Assembly (NCBI GenBank): GCA_041657405.1
Contig: JBBABX010000001.1
Coordinates: forward strand, 106,316-170,315
Length of the DNA: 64,000 nucleotides
Direction: 5' to 3'
Source: Minisyncoccota bacterium
GTDB taxonomy: Bacteria > Patescibacteriota > Minisyncoccia > Phycocordibacterales > XYD1-FULL-46-19
The translations under genes and the position numbers were made by a program. Positions 1-8,373 of the stretch are shown here, one piece after another; within the stretch, counting starts at the first letter, position 1, and each line of letters opens with the position of its first letter. The notes under the pieces were generated by a model. That model was not told the origin of the DNA, made no database searches, and saw only the letters and a program-made list of their open reading frames with translations.

Positions 1-390
1 CCCATTACGTACCGAAGCGCCTTCTGAAAAAATAATTGAGGATTCTTCTCCTAGGGCATTAATAAATTTAGCCAAAGCAGGACTATCTCCTTTCCAAACA
101 AACAAAACTAAATCATCAGAATAAGCTCCTCCGGAACCAGTTGTTACTAAAGCTTCAGAAATTCCATCACCAGTCAAATCAACTTCGCGGACAATTTGGA
201 CCGGTCGTAATTGTCCTTCAGTAGAAATATCTTTAGTTTCTTTTAAAATCGCTTTTATTTCAGATATCTGTTTAGCCCAAATCAAATCTTTTGACGAAAA
301 TGACTCAAAACATGGACAAGAACGCAAAGCAAGCCCCACCATCAAAAGCAAAACTATCATCGTTAAAATAATTAAAATTTTCTTTTTCAT
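1..390 (-). CDS. hypothetical membrane-anchored protein, partial (C-terminus beyond window start)
   Basis: rc of 388-390 is ATG; translation MKKKILIILTMIVLLLMVGLALRSC... is open through position 1 in frame; N-terminal hydrophobic anchor; not in ORF track because incomplete. Confidence 0.5.
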   Translation of the reverse strand, partial: MKKKILIILTMIVLLLMVGLALRSCPCFESFSSKDLIWAKQISEIKAILKETKDISTEGQLRPVQIVREVDLTGDGISEALVTTGSGGAYSDDLVLFVWKGDSPALAKFINALGEESSIIFSEGASVRNG

Positions 391-440
391 AAATAAAATC
401 TTAATCTATCAATAAAGTAATTATACCACTAAAAATAATT

Positions 441-476
441 AGGGTGTAAAAATTAAGAGGGGTCTTTTGACCCCTC
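441..476 (-). terminator. rho-independent terminator-like hairpin (8-bp GC-rich stem gaggggtc/gacccctc, loop tttt) followed by T-run on minus strand
   Basis: seen directly; overlaps the stop codon of the 475..975 minus-strand gene. Confidence 0.5.
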
Positions 477-975
477 ATGGCACGGATTCAATCTCGATAG
501 ATTCTAGGTCAAAACTAAGCAACTTTGACCCATCTTTGTTATGGATAGCTTTGGCGTCCAAACGTCGTTTAGATGTTACTTCCAAAGCCCAAAGAGAATC
601 TGATGGCCACACCACTTTTGGAAACAACCCGCAAAGTTGCCAAAAGGGGAAATTTTGCTTTCTTGCCTTATTATCAAACCGCCAAGATTTGGCCAAGAAA
701 ATAAGACATCGATACCGATGTTCAGTTGAAAAAAAGATGTCCAAAGACATTCCTAGACGCAAATCTTCTCGTCTGGTGATTAGCCCAAATTCTTGTTGTA
801 AACTTTTCAGTGCTACAATCATGGGTGTTTCCTTCTCCGAAACCAAACACGCCAAACAGTTTAAACAGTAATCACTTTTTTTCTCCCCCGTTTCATCTTG
901 ACCCAAAAGAACCAAACGATAAGAATCCATCAACAACGGAAACGCTAAAGTTACAATTTGAGGTTTGCTTTCCAT
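475..975 (-). CDS. hypothetical protein (166 aa, Cys-rich)
   Basis: ORF-track start 984 is a TTG; internal ATG at 975 is preceded by a perfect AGGAGG 9 nt upstream; terminator hairpin at its 3' end. Confidence 0.5.
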   Translation of the reverse strand: MESKPQIVTLAFPLLMDSYRLVLLGQDETGEKKSDYCLNCLACLVSEKETPMIVALKSLQQEFGLITRREDLRLGMSLDIFFSTEHRYRCLIFLAKSWRFDNKARKQNFPFWQLCGLFPKVVWPSDSLWALEVTSKRRLDAKAIHNKDGSKLLSFDLESIEIESVP

Positions 976-1029
976 AATAATCAACCTCCTTTCCGAGTTG
1001 ATTATGGCACAAGACCCAAAAAATTGAAA

Positions 1030-1064
1030 GTTTAAACGCTCCAGATGGGTGATGGAGCGTTTAA
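1030..1064 (-). terminator. rho-independent terminator (13-bp perfect stem tttaaacgctcca/tggagcgtttaaa, 9-nt loop, then T-run on minus strand)
   Basis: seen directly; about 40 nt downstream of the stop of 1107..1772(-). Confidence 0.55.
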
Positions 1065-1106
1065 AGCATTATTTTTAGGTAATAAAATTATCTAAAATAA
1101 TTAGAT

Positions 1107-1772
1107 TTAGTTAAAAAACATTCTAAACATCCAACCAAATAAGCTGAACCCTTTCTGTGCTATTTCCAAAGAATTTTCAATTTCTAGATTGACTTGTTCC
1201 AAGGTTTCGGTTTGTTCAGTTAATATTTGTTGATCATTTTGGGAAACAAACTGGTTTTTGATTTGGTTTAATTGCTTAATTTGTTCTTTGTTTTGTTCTA
1301 GTAATTTCCTTACGTTATTTATTTCGTTATAGTTCGGTCCAACAAAGAATCTAACTAGTCCACCGCGACTTTGAACTTTTTGCAAACTCGTTTCCAATTT
1401 TTCTTGATTTTGATTTTGAGCTTGAGCGATAATTTTTACTTGTTGACCAATTCCGCTATTTCTATTTGCTACCTGCAACATTTCCTGCACAGCATTAGCA
1501 ACCTGACTTTTTCTTTGGGTTGCTGTCGCCATTTCATTCTGTATTCCTTGTAATTGATTATTTTGAAGTTGGCTAACTTCCCCTTGGTTTTGGACTTGAT
1601 TTTGGACTTGATTGCTTGCTCCAGTTCCATCTTGTAATTTTTGTTGTGTTTGTTGTTGTATTTGTGTCCCAGTACCAATCTCGTCATTACTATTTTGGCC
1701 CACCGCATAGACATTGTTAATAAAAGCAAGAGCTATCGCCAATGTGCTAATTATAAAAATTTTATTTTTCAT
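1107..1772 (-). CDS. secreted Gln/Asn-rich coiled-coil protein, unknown function
   Basis: N-terminal signal peptide MKNKIFIISTLAIALAFINNVYA; QNQVQNQ low-complexity repeats; heptad-like periodicity. Confidence 0.55.
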   Translation of the reverse strand: MKNKIFIISTLAIALAFINNVYAVGQNSNDEIGTGTQIQQQTQQKLQDGTGASNQVQNQVQNQGEVSQLQNNQLQGIQNEMATATQRKSQVANAVQEMLQVANRNSGIGQQVKIIAQAQNQNQEKLETSLQKVQSRGGLVRFFVGPNYNEINNVRKLLEQNKEQIKQLNQIKNQFVSQNDQQILTEQTETLEQVNLEIENSLEIAQKGFSLFGWMFRMFFN

Positions 1773-1943
1773 ATAATTTATATTGAATTAATAATTATTT
1801 GAGCTTGTTAAATATTCGACCTCTTTATTTTAATATATTTAGACAAAAAGAAACACCATTCAATTTTATCATCATCTTGGTCAAATTCAATAAAAACTAA
1901 AAAAAGAGCCTTCGTAAAAAATTACGAAGGCTCAAATATTCAG

Positions 1944-2726
1944 TTAATTTACCAAAGCAACCGACAAACCAGTGTTGTCGTAGCCGTCCCAAGAATCCCT
2001 TATGTCAATTTCTCCAGTTGAAGAAAAACCAACACAAACATGATAACCAACCGAAGCCCAGCTGGATGTTCGAACATAAACACCTTTGAATAATTGGATG
2101 CCACAAACCTTGAAATAGGTTGTAATGAACCAACACATTTCAGCGGCGTTCGGAACCTTCTCGGGTGAGAAAAGAAGCTTTTCCTGCTCATCATACATCT
2201 TCCCAATTGAGTTTTGGACGGGTGTCTTTTTGACCGACAGCCACCCGAAAGACGTCTTATCTTTGCAAGCAAATCTCTGACCATCATACCACCCACCCGT
2301 TTTTGAACAGAAAAGATCTCTCTGGACCTCTCGGATATCAAGTATAGACATCGTCGTAGGGGGTGCGGGTATAACGGCATAACCGTGATCCTTACACCAC
2401 TTGAGAACCGCCTCCGATGGTAGATTTTTGATAAGTTTCGAGATTTGTTCGTCTGTGTAGACAATATTCTTGCGAGCCTTAGCGACTCTCTCTGGTGTAA
2501 TAAAATCCACACCGAGAATAGATCGTGCTAAACCGTAGCTAGGAACTTTCGCTCCGAAGCGACGAACGCCGTCAATAAGATAAGCTTGGAAATCTCCACC
2601 ATGTTCAATGAGGTATTGGAGTCCATCCCTATCAAGGTTAACTTCTTTGAGGGCACGATTGCCCGCATCCTCAACAAAACGCTTAAATTGTTTCTGCTGA
2701 TTGAACGTGATCGATCTGATCGTCAT
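1944..2726 (-). CDS. hypothetical protein, GC-richer than surroundings (possible Cys/His/Asp papain-like hydrolase, weak)
   Basis: ORF-track start 2825 is TTG; ATG at 2726 has AGGAGG 7 nt upstream (MTIRSITF...); C-terminal half has C...H...D spacing (EMCWF...GYHVCVGF...IDIRDS) reminiscent of NlpC/P60- or transglutaminase-like folds, unverified. Confidence 0.5.
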   Translation of the reverse strand: MTIRSITFNQQKQFKRFVEDAGNRALKEVNLDRDGLQYLIEHGGDFQAYLIDGVRRFGAKVPSYGLARSILGVDFITPERVAKARKNIVYTDEQISKLIKNLPSEAVLKWCKDHGYAVIPAPPTTMSILDIREVQRDLFCSKTGGWYDGQRFACKDKTSFGWLSVKKTPVQNSIGKMYDEQEKLLFSPEKVPNAAEMCWFITTYFKVCGIQLFKGVYVRTSSWASVGYHVCVGFSSTGEIDIRDSWDGYDNTGLSVALVN

Positions 2727-2780
2727 CGTTATACCTCCTAGTTGAATTGTACGAATCGCTCGATAGCGGCTTATCTCGGT

Positions 2781-2839
2781 TTGAGACGAGCTTTTTAGGT
2801 CTTGATTTCTTGATTCAAGGCTCAAAAAGCTCGTCTCAA
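2781..2839. repeat. 16-bp perfect inverted repeat (ttgagacgagcttttt ... aaaaagctcgtctcaa) with 27-nt spacer in the leader of the GC-rich gene
   Basis: seen directly; candidate operator or 5'-UTR hairpin. Confidence 0.5.
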
Positions 2840-2943
2840 CATTAATTCTTATGCCAAAAAACTATTTATATCTATACTTGGAGTAGCAAAGAAATGACTA
2901 TTTGTCAAGGGCAACATCTTTCAATTTCGCTGGATGTAAAACT

Positions 2944-3033
2944 TGGCGGAGGGGGCGAGATTCGAACTCGCGATGCCCTTTCGGACATAGCGGTTTTCAA
3001 GACCGCCGCACTAAACCACTATGCGACCCCTCC
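2944..3033 (-). tRNA. tRNA-Ser (anticodon TGA), long variable arm
   Basis: rc reads GGAGGGGTCGCATAGTGGTTTAGTGCGGCGGTCTTGAAAACCGCTATGTCCGAAAGGGCATCGCGAGTTCGAATCTCGCCCCCTCCGCCA; cloverleaf, T-loop GTTCGAATC, anticodon loop CTTGAAA. Confidence 0.85.
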
Positions 3034-3150
3034 AAGGTTAATCACCCTCAATCTTACCAAATTAACTTGCAAAATCAACGCATCATAAATTGTAAGCTTA
3101 TCAACAACTCTCTATACTTTTTCTGATTTTTAATTGTTATAATATAAAGG

Positions 3151-3639
3151 ATGGAAGAAAAACTTAAAAGTTTAGGCTTGCCAGCAATAATTGAATGGGA
3201 AGCTGATGAATATGAAGAGCGTCAAAGAAGCACTGATTGGTTCTGGACACTTGGAGTAATTGCTTTTTTTGGAGTTGTCTTATCTTTTATTTTTGGCAAT
3301 TTACTTTTATCCTTGATTATCACTATTGCCGCCTTTGCCCTTTACGCTTATGAAAAAAGACCGCCGCAAAAAATGAACATTCGTTTAACTCCTAAGGGTT
3401 TCCAGATTGGGAAAAATCTTTATCCTTACGAGCGCGCCAGTTATTTTTGGGTAGATGAAGAACGTCAAGGTTTACCAATGCTAATCATTAATTATAACCG
3501 AGCTTTTTTCCCACATATTTATATTTCAATTGAAGATGTTGAGCCAACTTTAATTCGCCTCTATCTTAGAAGATTTATTGAGGAAGAGGAACGTCAAAAG
3601 ACCTTTGCCGAAGAAATCTCTGATCTTTTGGGTTTTTAG
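3151..3639 (+). CDS. hypothetical membrane protein (2 predicted TM helices)
   Basis: clean ATG ORF; hydrophobic segments FWTLGVIAFFGVVLSFIFGNLLLSLIITIAAFALYAY. Confidence 0.5.
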   Translation: MEEKLKSLGLPAIIEWEADEYEERQRSTDWFWTLGVIAFFGVVLSFIFGNLLLSLIITIAAFALYAYEKRPPQKMNIRLTPKGFQIGKNLYPYERASYFWVDEERQGLPMLIINYNRAFFPHIYISIEDVEPTLIRLYLRRFIEEEERQKTFAEEISDLLGF

Positions 3640-3734
3640 ATTTCAGTTCTAATTTTTTAATCTTTATTTTTTAATTCTTCACAAGCTAAGGCCATTAGCA
3701 TTTTTTCTGATTTGTGCTAAATTAAATAAGATTT

Positions 3735-3809
3735 GCTCCCATAGTTTAACGGATAGAACGCAGGATTGCGGATCCTGTAATCGAGGTTCGATTCCTCGTG
3801 GGAGCACCA
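3735..3809 (+). tRNA. tRNA-Arg (anticodon reads GCG as transcribed here)
   Basis: GCTCCCATAGTTTAACGGATAGAACGCAGGATTGCGGATCCTGTAATCGAGGTTCGATTCCTCGTGGGAGCACCA; 7-bp acceptor, D-loop A20, anticodon stem CAGGA/TCCTG, loop TTGCGGA. Confidence 0.75.
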
Positions 3810-3815
3810 ATTTTT

Positions 3816-4754
3816 ATGATTGAGAATTTATTGATTTTTATTTTTTCTTTGTTGTTAGTGATAAAGGGGGCGACAATGGCAACAACTTATTCATCCAGGT
3901 TGGCTGAAAATTTTCGGCTTTCAAAATACGTTATTGGTTTTATAATTGTTGCTTTTATTTCTATTCTGCCCGAAACCATTATCTCAATAAATTCGGCTCT
4001 AAAAAATGTCCCTGAATTTGGCTTAGGGACTTTATTTGGTGGAAATATCGCAGACCTAACGTTAGTCCTAGCTATTTTGATTATTTACGTTGGTAGGAAT
4101 ATCCATATTGAAAGCAAAGTTTTAAAAGACGTGCGTGTTTTTCCTTTCTTTTTGCTTCTACCGCTACTTTTTGGCCTGAATGGTTATTATTCAAGACTTG
4201 AAGGCGTCTTACTTATCCTTGTCGGCATCTTTTTCTATTATCTTGTCTTAAGAGATAATATAAATACCTCAATCCCTCAGAAAAAAATAGGTGGGTGGTT
4301 AAAAAACTTAATCCTCTTTTTATTTGCGATGTTTTTGTTATTGACTGGTTCCCACTTCACCGTAGAATCAGCATCCTCTTTAGCAACAGCCTTGCATGTT
4401 CCCCCGCTCTTAATCGGATTGTTAGTTGTTGGACTTGGCACAACAATGCCTGAATTTTTTTATTGCTTAAAAACCTTAAAAAAGAATGAGGATGGTTTGG
4501 TGGTGGGTGATATTTTAGGGACAGTATTAGCTGACGCTACGATTGTAATCGGAATCCTTGCAGTTATTAATCCATTTTCGTTCCCCAAAAAAATTATCTA
4601 TGTAACCGGTTTTTTTATGCTTGTTGCTTCCTTTATCTTGATTAATTTTATGCGTTCTGGAAAAATTATTTCTAAAAAAGAAGGTTACCAACTTTTTATA
4701 TTTTGGTTAATTTACGCCTTGGCTGAAGTTCTTATTAGCAACTTTGCTCCTTAA
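3816..4754 (+). CDS. Ca2+/cation antiporter (CaCA family, YrbG-like) membrane protein
   Basis: ORF-track start 3798 is a GTG inside the tRNA; first ATG at 3816; polytopic; alpha-repeat-like motifs ...LPETII... and GTTMPEFF (GxSxPE-type). Confidence 0.5.
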   Translation: MIENLLIFIFSLLLVIKGATMATTYSSRLAENFRLSKYVIGFIIVAFISILPETIISINSALKNVPEFGLGTLFGGNIADLTLVLAILIIYVGRNIHIESKVLKDVRVFPFFLLLPLLFGLNGYYSRLEGVLLILVGIFFYYLVLRDNINTSIPQKKIGGWLKNLILFLFAMFLLLTGSHFTVESASSLATALHVPPLLIGLLVVGLGTTMPEFFYCLKTLKKNEDGLVVGDILGTVLADATIVIGILAVINPFSFPKKIIYVTGFFMLVASFILINFMRSGKIISKKEGYQLFIFWLIYALAEVLISNFAP

Positions 4755-4786
4755 ATCTAAAAACACCCTTTCTATGAGGGTGTTTT

Positions 4787-5050
4787 TTAGGAAACATTTT
4801 TTATCATTTTGACTAAGCGAGATTTTTTACGAGCAGCAGTATTTTTCTTGATAATTCCCCTCTTGGCTGCTTTGTCTATCGCCTTATAAGCGTCTGCAAG
4901 TTTATCTTTGGCGCCTTTGGCATCTTTGGCATCTGTCATTTTTTTTATTTCTTTGATTTCGCCCTTCATCGCCCTGGCACGTCGGTCATTAAAAAGTTTT
5001 TTATTTTTAGATCCATGCAAGGCTTTTTGAGCTGATTTTGTTATTGGCAT
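4787..5050 (-). CDS. rpsT: 30S ribosomal protein S20
   Basis: MPITKSAQKALHGSKNKKLFNDRRARAMKGEIKEIKK... aligns to S20 (MANIKSAKKRA...); start moved to internal ATG. Confidence 0.8.
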   Translation of the reverse strand: MPITKSAQKALHGSKNKKLFNDRRARAMKGEIKEIKKMTDAKDAKGAKDKLADAYKAIDKAAKRGIIKKNTAARKKSRLVKMIKNVS

Positions 5051-5116
5051 ACCGTCACAGAATACAAGAATTGCCAAATAATTGCAAGTGTTTAAATGAA
5101 AAGGTATGATTTACTT

Positions 5117-5692
5117 ATGATTGGTCAACTAAAAGGTGATATTAGTTATAAAGACGAACGTTTTGTTATTCTTAATGTCGGCGGCGTTGGTTATAAAATC
5201 TTCTTAACCCCAGAAACTACTCAAAATTTAAGCGAGGGCAAAACTGCCAGTTTTTGGACACATCTAGTTGTCCGCGAAGAAGTTTTGGACCTTTATGGAT
5301 TTCTCACCAAAACAGAATTGGACTTTTTTGGACTTTTAATAGGTATTTCTGGTGTTGGCCCCAAAAGCGCTCTTTCTATTTTATCCTTAGCGCCACCAGA
5401 AACTCTTAAAAAAGCGGTTTCTGCTGGTGATTCTTCTTATTTGACACAAGTTTCCGGCATCGGTCGCAAAATCGCGGAAAAAATAATTCTAGAATTAAAA
5501 GACAAAATAATTGCTTTAGTTGGCGAAAATCCTCAAGACGATCTGACCCAAGAAACAGAGGCTCTTCAAGCTTTGGAAATGCTTGGTTATTCTCCCCGCG
5601 AAGCCCGTGAGGCCTTGCGTCAAATTCCGACAGAAATTACTTCTACCGAGGATAAGGTCAAGAGCGCTCTTAAAAATCTTCATCATAAATAA
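5117..5692 (+). CDS. ruvA: Holliday junction branch migration complex subunit RuvA
   Basis: MIGQLKGDI...VGGVGYKIFL...GVGPKSALSIL...VSGIGRKIAEKIILELKDK matches RuvA OB/HhH domains; start moved from 5096 to MIGQLKG. Confidence 0.85.
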   Translation: MIGQLKGDISYKDERFVILNVGGVGYKIFLTPETTQNLSEGKTASFWTHLVVREEVLDLYGFLTKTELDFFGLLIGISGVGPKSALSILSLAPPETLKKAVSAGDSSYLTQVSGIGRKIAEKIILELKDKIIALVGENPQDDLTQETEALQALEMLGYSPREAREALRQIPTEITSTEDKVKSALKNLHHK

Positions 5693-5703
5693 AACCAGGC
5701 AAG

Positions 5704-7050
5704 ATGTTGGACAAAATTTTACATTGGTTAAAAAAGTTTATTCCTCGCCAACTTTTTGTCGCGGTTCAGCCTCTTTATCACTATTTGCTTGCTTGGTTAG
5801 GCGCAATTATTTATCGTTTCCCCGCACGTCAGTTAAAAATTATTTTTGTGACAGGAACTAAGGGCAAAACCAGCACAACCGAAATCTTATCTGCCATTTT
5901 GACCACCGCTGGGCATAAGGTTGCTTCCACTTCCACTCTACAGTTTAAAATCGGCGACAAAATCGAGCGCAATCTTTACAAAATGAGTATGCCTGGTCGG
6001 ATGTTTATGCAAAAATTCCTCCGCCGAGCCGTCTCAGCCGGCTGTGATTTTGCCGTAATAGAAGGCACCTCGGAAGGATCCAAGCTCTTCCGCCACAAAT
6101 TTATTGATTTAGATGGCTTAATTTTTACCAACATCTCCCCCGAACACATTGAGTCACACGGCTCATTTGAAAAATATTTAGAAGCCAAGTTAGAATACGC
6201 CCGCGCGTTGGATCAATCAAAAAAGGCACCAAAGTTTCTGGTGGTTAATTCCGATGACCAAGAAGCGCAAAAGTTTAAGGACCAGGCCCCATCCGCTATA
6301 CAACTAGAATTTTCTCTCGCCCAAGCCAAACCTTTTGACACCACCCTTGCTGGCTCAAAATTAACGATTGACAGCAAAGAGGTGAAAACGGCTTTGACCG
6401 GTCAATTTAATGTCTTGAATATTCTGGGCGCAGCCAAAATGGCCAAAATCTTTGGCGCAACTGATGACGATATTAAAAAAGCCCTCGCCAACCTAGGCAA
6501 AATCCCCGGTCGGATGGAAAAAGTTTTTTCTGATAAACCAGGACAAAACTTTGAGGTGATTGTAGATTACGCCCACACTACCGACTCTCTCGCTAAAGCC
6601 TATGAGACCCTAGGCGATAGACGAAAAATCTGCGTCTTGGGTAGCTGTGGGGGTGGACGCGATAAGTGGAAAAGACCACAAATGGGAAAGGTGGCCAGTA
6701 ACCACTGTGATTATATTATTCTCACCAACGAAGATCCCTATGACGAAGATCCAGAACAAATTATTGCCGAAGTCGCCGAAGGTATCACCAAACCTTATGT
6801 TAAAATTTTGGATCGTCGCGAAGCGATTCGCGCGGCCATCAAAGAAGCCAAAGAAGGTGATGTCGTCATTATCACCGGCAAAGGCACTGACCCATACATT
6901 ATGGGGCCGAGTGGTAAGAAGATGTCTTGGAGTGATTATGAAGTGGCAAGGGAAGAGATGAGCGCGGACTTAACGCAAAAATTAGGTGAAATCGGCCGAC
7001 AACTTGGCGGTTGGAAGAAAGATTTGCAAGCAAAAACTCCCCGACCTTAA
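5704..7050 (+). CDS. murE: Mur ligase family protein, most like UDP-MurNAc-L-Ala-D-Glu:diamino-acid ligase MurE
   Basis: Walker A VTGTKGKTST; DYAHT motif; GSCGGGRDKWKRPQMG (MurE GCGGDRDxxKRPxMG); C-terminal ITGKGTD. Confidence 0.7.
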   Translation: MLDKILHWLKKFIPRQLFVAVQPLYHYLLAWLGAIIYRFPARQLKIIFVTGTKGKTSTTEILSAILTTAGHKVASTSTLQFKIGDKIERNLYKMSMPGRMFMQKFLRRAVSAGCDFAVIEGTSEGSKLFRHKFIDLDGLIFTNISPEHIESHGSFEKYLEAKLEYARALDQSKKAPKFLVVNSDDQEAQKFKDQAPSAIQLEFSLAQAKPFDTTLAGSKLTIDSKEVKTALTGQFNVLNILGAAKMAKIFGATDDDIKKALANLGKIPGRMEKVFSDKPGQNFEVIVDYAHTTDSLAKAYETLGDRRKICVLGSCGGGRDKWKRPQMGKVASNHCDYIILTNEDPYDEDPEQIIAEVAEGITKPYVKILDRREAIRAAIKEAKEGDVVIITGKGTDPYIMGPSGKKMSWSDYEVAREEMSADLTQKLGEIGRQLGGWKKDLQAKTPRP

Positions 7051-7065
7051 GCCGAGGAGAAAACC

Positions 7066-7190
7066 AACAGTTGTGGAAACACGAACCGGGGACGGTCCTC
7101 GGCGCGCCAAACATTGTCGTTGGACAAGCAATACACGTGCACCCTGAACCGAGCATCGCCAAGCCAGTAGACGTCAGCAACGAAGAATTC
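7066..7190. repeat. copy A of ~125-bp diverged direct repeat (duplicate of the 3' end of gene 7487..8086)
   Basis: about 88% identity to 7494..7618 by eye, mostly transitions; in the minus frame encodes EFFVADVYWLGDARFRVHVYCLSNDNVWRAEDRPRF... vs gene C-terminus EFFVADVYRLGDARFRTHVYCLSDDNVWRAEDRNRF... Confidence 0.7.
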
Positions 7191-7486
7191 ATGCGATAAA
7201 TCATCTGTGCCACAATCGGCCAAATCATGACCGATTGAATATTATATGAGACATTATAAGTCCTCCAATTTATCGCACCAACTGAATATTTTTTGTTTAA
7301 GAAAAATGTGAATCCACTCTTTTACAAGACTTGCCCGACAAAATTCTCAAGCACATATTTTCACAATCATAACACCGAAGCCATGACCGTGAGGAATCCA
7401 TAATTGCTTGATTATTATAATAAAATCCCCTGGCGCCCCGAAGGGTCCAAGGGATTGAGAGTCTAAGTGACTGAAGGAGCAAAGAG

Positions 7487-8086
7487 TCAGGGGGGCCATT
7501 GCGGAACCACAAACCGGTTACGGTCCTCGGCGCGCCAGACGTTGTCGTCGGACAAGCAGTACACGTGCGTCCTAAACCGGGCATCGCCAAGCCGATAGAC
7601 GTCAGCAACGAAGAATTCCTCGTCATTTTCTGTCCCCTTCTTCAGCTTTACGCTGAAAAGGAAGAACGTGGCCAAACCTTTCGGATGAAGTTTGTCGGAA
7701 TTAGCCTCAAAGAAAGTTATGATCTGGTCTTGCGACCAGAACAACTTCTTGAAATCATCCACACCAAACCCTCCGAAGATCTGCTCGAAGGTGCCATCTT
7801 TGATCATTTCAAAGACCTCAAACGACGCTTCTTCGGTGACGGGACTAGCTACGTCCGTCCCCCAGAAATCGAGTTTGAGGTAACGTGCTCCGGTTGTGGC
7901 ACCGAGAACACCAATGGTGATCTTGCGAAGATAGGGGTTGCTATACGTCTCATCCACGATCTGTTGAAGCATCCTCGTAACTTTTTCCAGATCACGTTTG
8001 TCATCCACCAGAAGTTTACAGACAGTGGCCCACAGTTTAAAGAGACGTTCCCAGACATTCTTCTCAACGTTCTTGTCACTACTCAT
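7487..8086 (-). CDS. hypothetical protein (199 aa), GC-rich orphan
   Basis: long ORF. A same-phase antisense ORF 7499..8122 also exists; substitutions between the duplicated 3' segment and copy A are mostly synonymous or conservative in the minus frame, favouring the minus-strand gene. Confidence 0.5.
   Translation of the reverse strand: MSSDKNVEKNVWERLFKLWATVCKLLVDDKRDLEKVTRMLQQIVDETYSNPYLRKITIGVLGATTGARYLKLDFWGTDVASPVTEEASFEVFEMIKDGTFEQIFGGFGVDDFKKLFWSQDQIITFFEANSDKLHPKGLATFFLFSVKLKKGTENDEEFFVADVYRLGDARFRTHVYCLSDDNVWRAEDRNRFVVPQWPP
7494..7618. repeat. copy B of ~125-bp direct repeat (native 3' end of gene 7487..8086)
   Basis: see copy A. Confidence 0.7.
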
Positions 8087-8373
8087 GACTCTACCCTTTC
8101 AAAGATCTTGACCTGCTTCTAACAGGTCGTTTCCCGGGATCTGCCGGAGCAGTCAAGCAAGAACACCTTGCTTTATTCTATCTATTATTATATCAAGGCC
8201 TTATTTTAAACCCTAAAATATCCAGAACTCTCTTTTGTTAATCGTTAATTGTTTTCCCTTTAAGCTGCTAGCTTTTTTCCTTGTTTTCTCTCATTTTAAA
8301 TTCCATATTCCCTATTCTACATACCTCATTCTATCTCCAACATACTATATGCTATATTTTAAATACTATCCCC

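Noticed and set aside
467-871. 134-aa plus-strand ORF overlapping 475..975(-)
   Set aside because: Starts at TTG inside a terminator hairpin and has no RBS. The antisense ORF has a perfect AGGAGG-N9-ATG and its own terminator, so the minus gene is preferred.
1371-1729. 60-aa (+) and 86-aa (-) ORFs inside 1107..1772
   Set aside because: Overlapping frames of the Q/N-rich low-complexity gene.
2000-2512. 170-aa alternative-frame ORF inside 1944..2726
   Set aside because: Nested in a GC-rich gene with an Arg/Ser-rich nonsense composition. The longer frame has an RBS-supported start.
7066-7618. Diversity-generating retroelement (TR/VR pair) hypothesis for the 125-bp repeats
   Set aside because: Mismatches are not confined to adenine positions of either copy (c/t, g/a and gg/tt changes occur). 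No reverse transcriptase gene is nearby.
7499-8122. 207-aa plus-strand ORF antisense to, and in phase with, 7487..8086(-)
   Set aside because: GC-rich DNA gives long ORFs on both strands. Between the two repeat copies, substitutions fall mainly at third positions of the minus-strand frame, so the minus gene is the constrained one. Overlap-gene status is not excluded.
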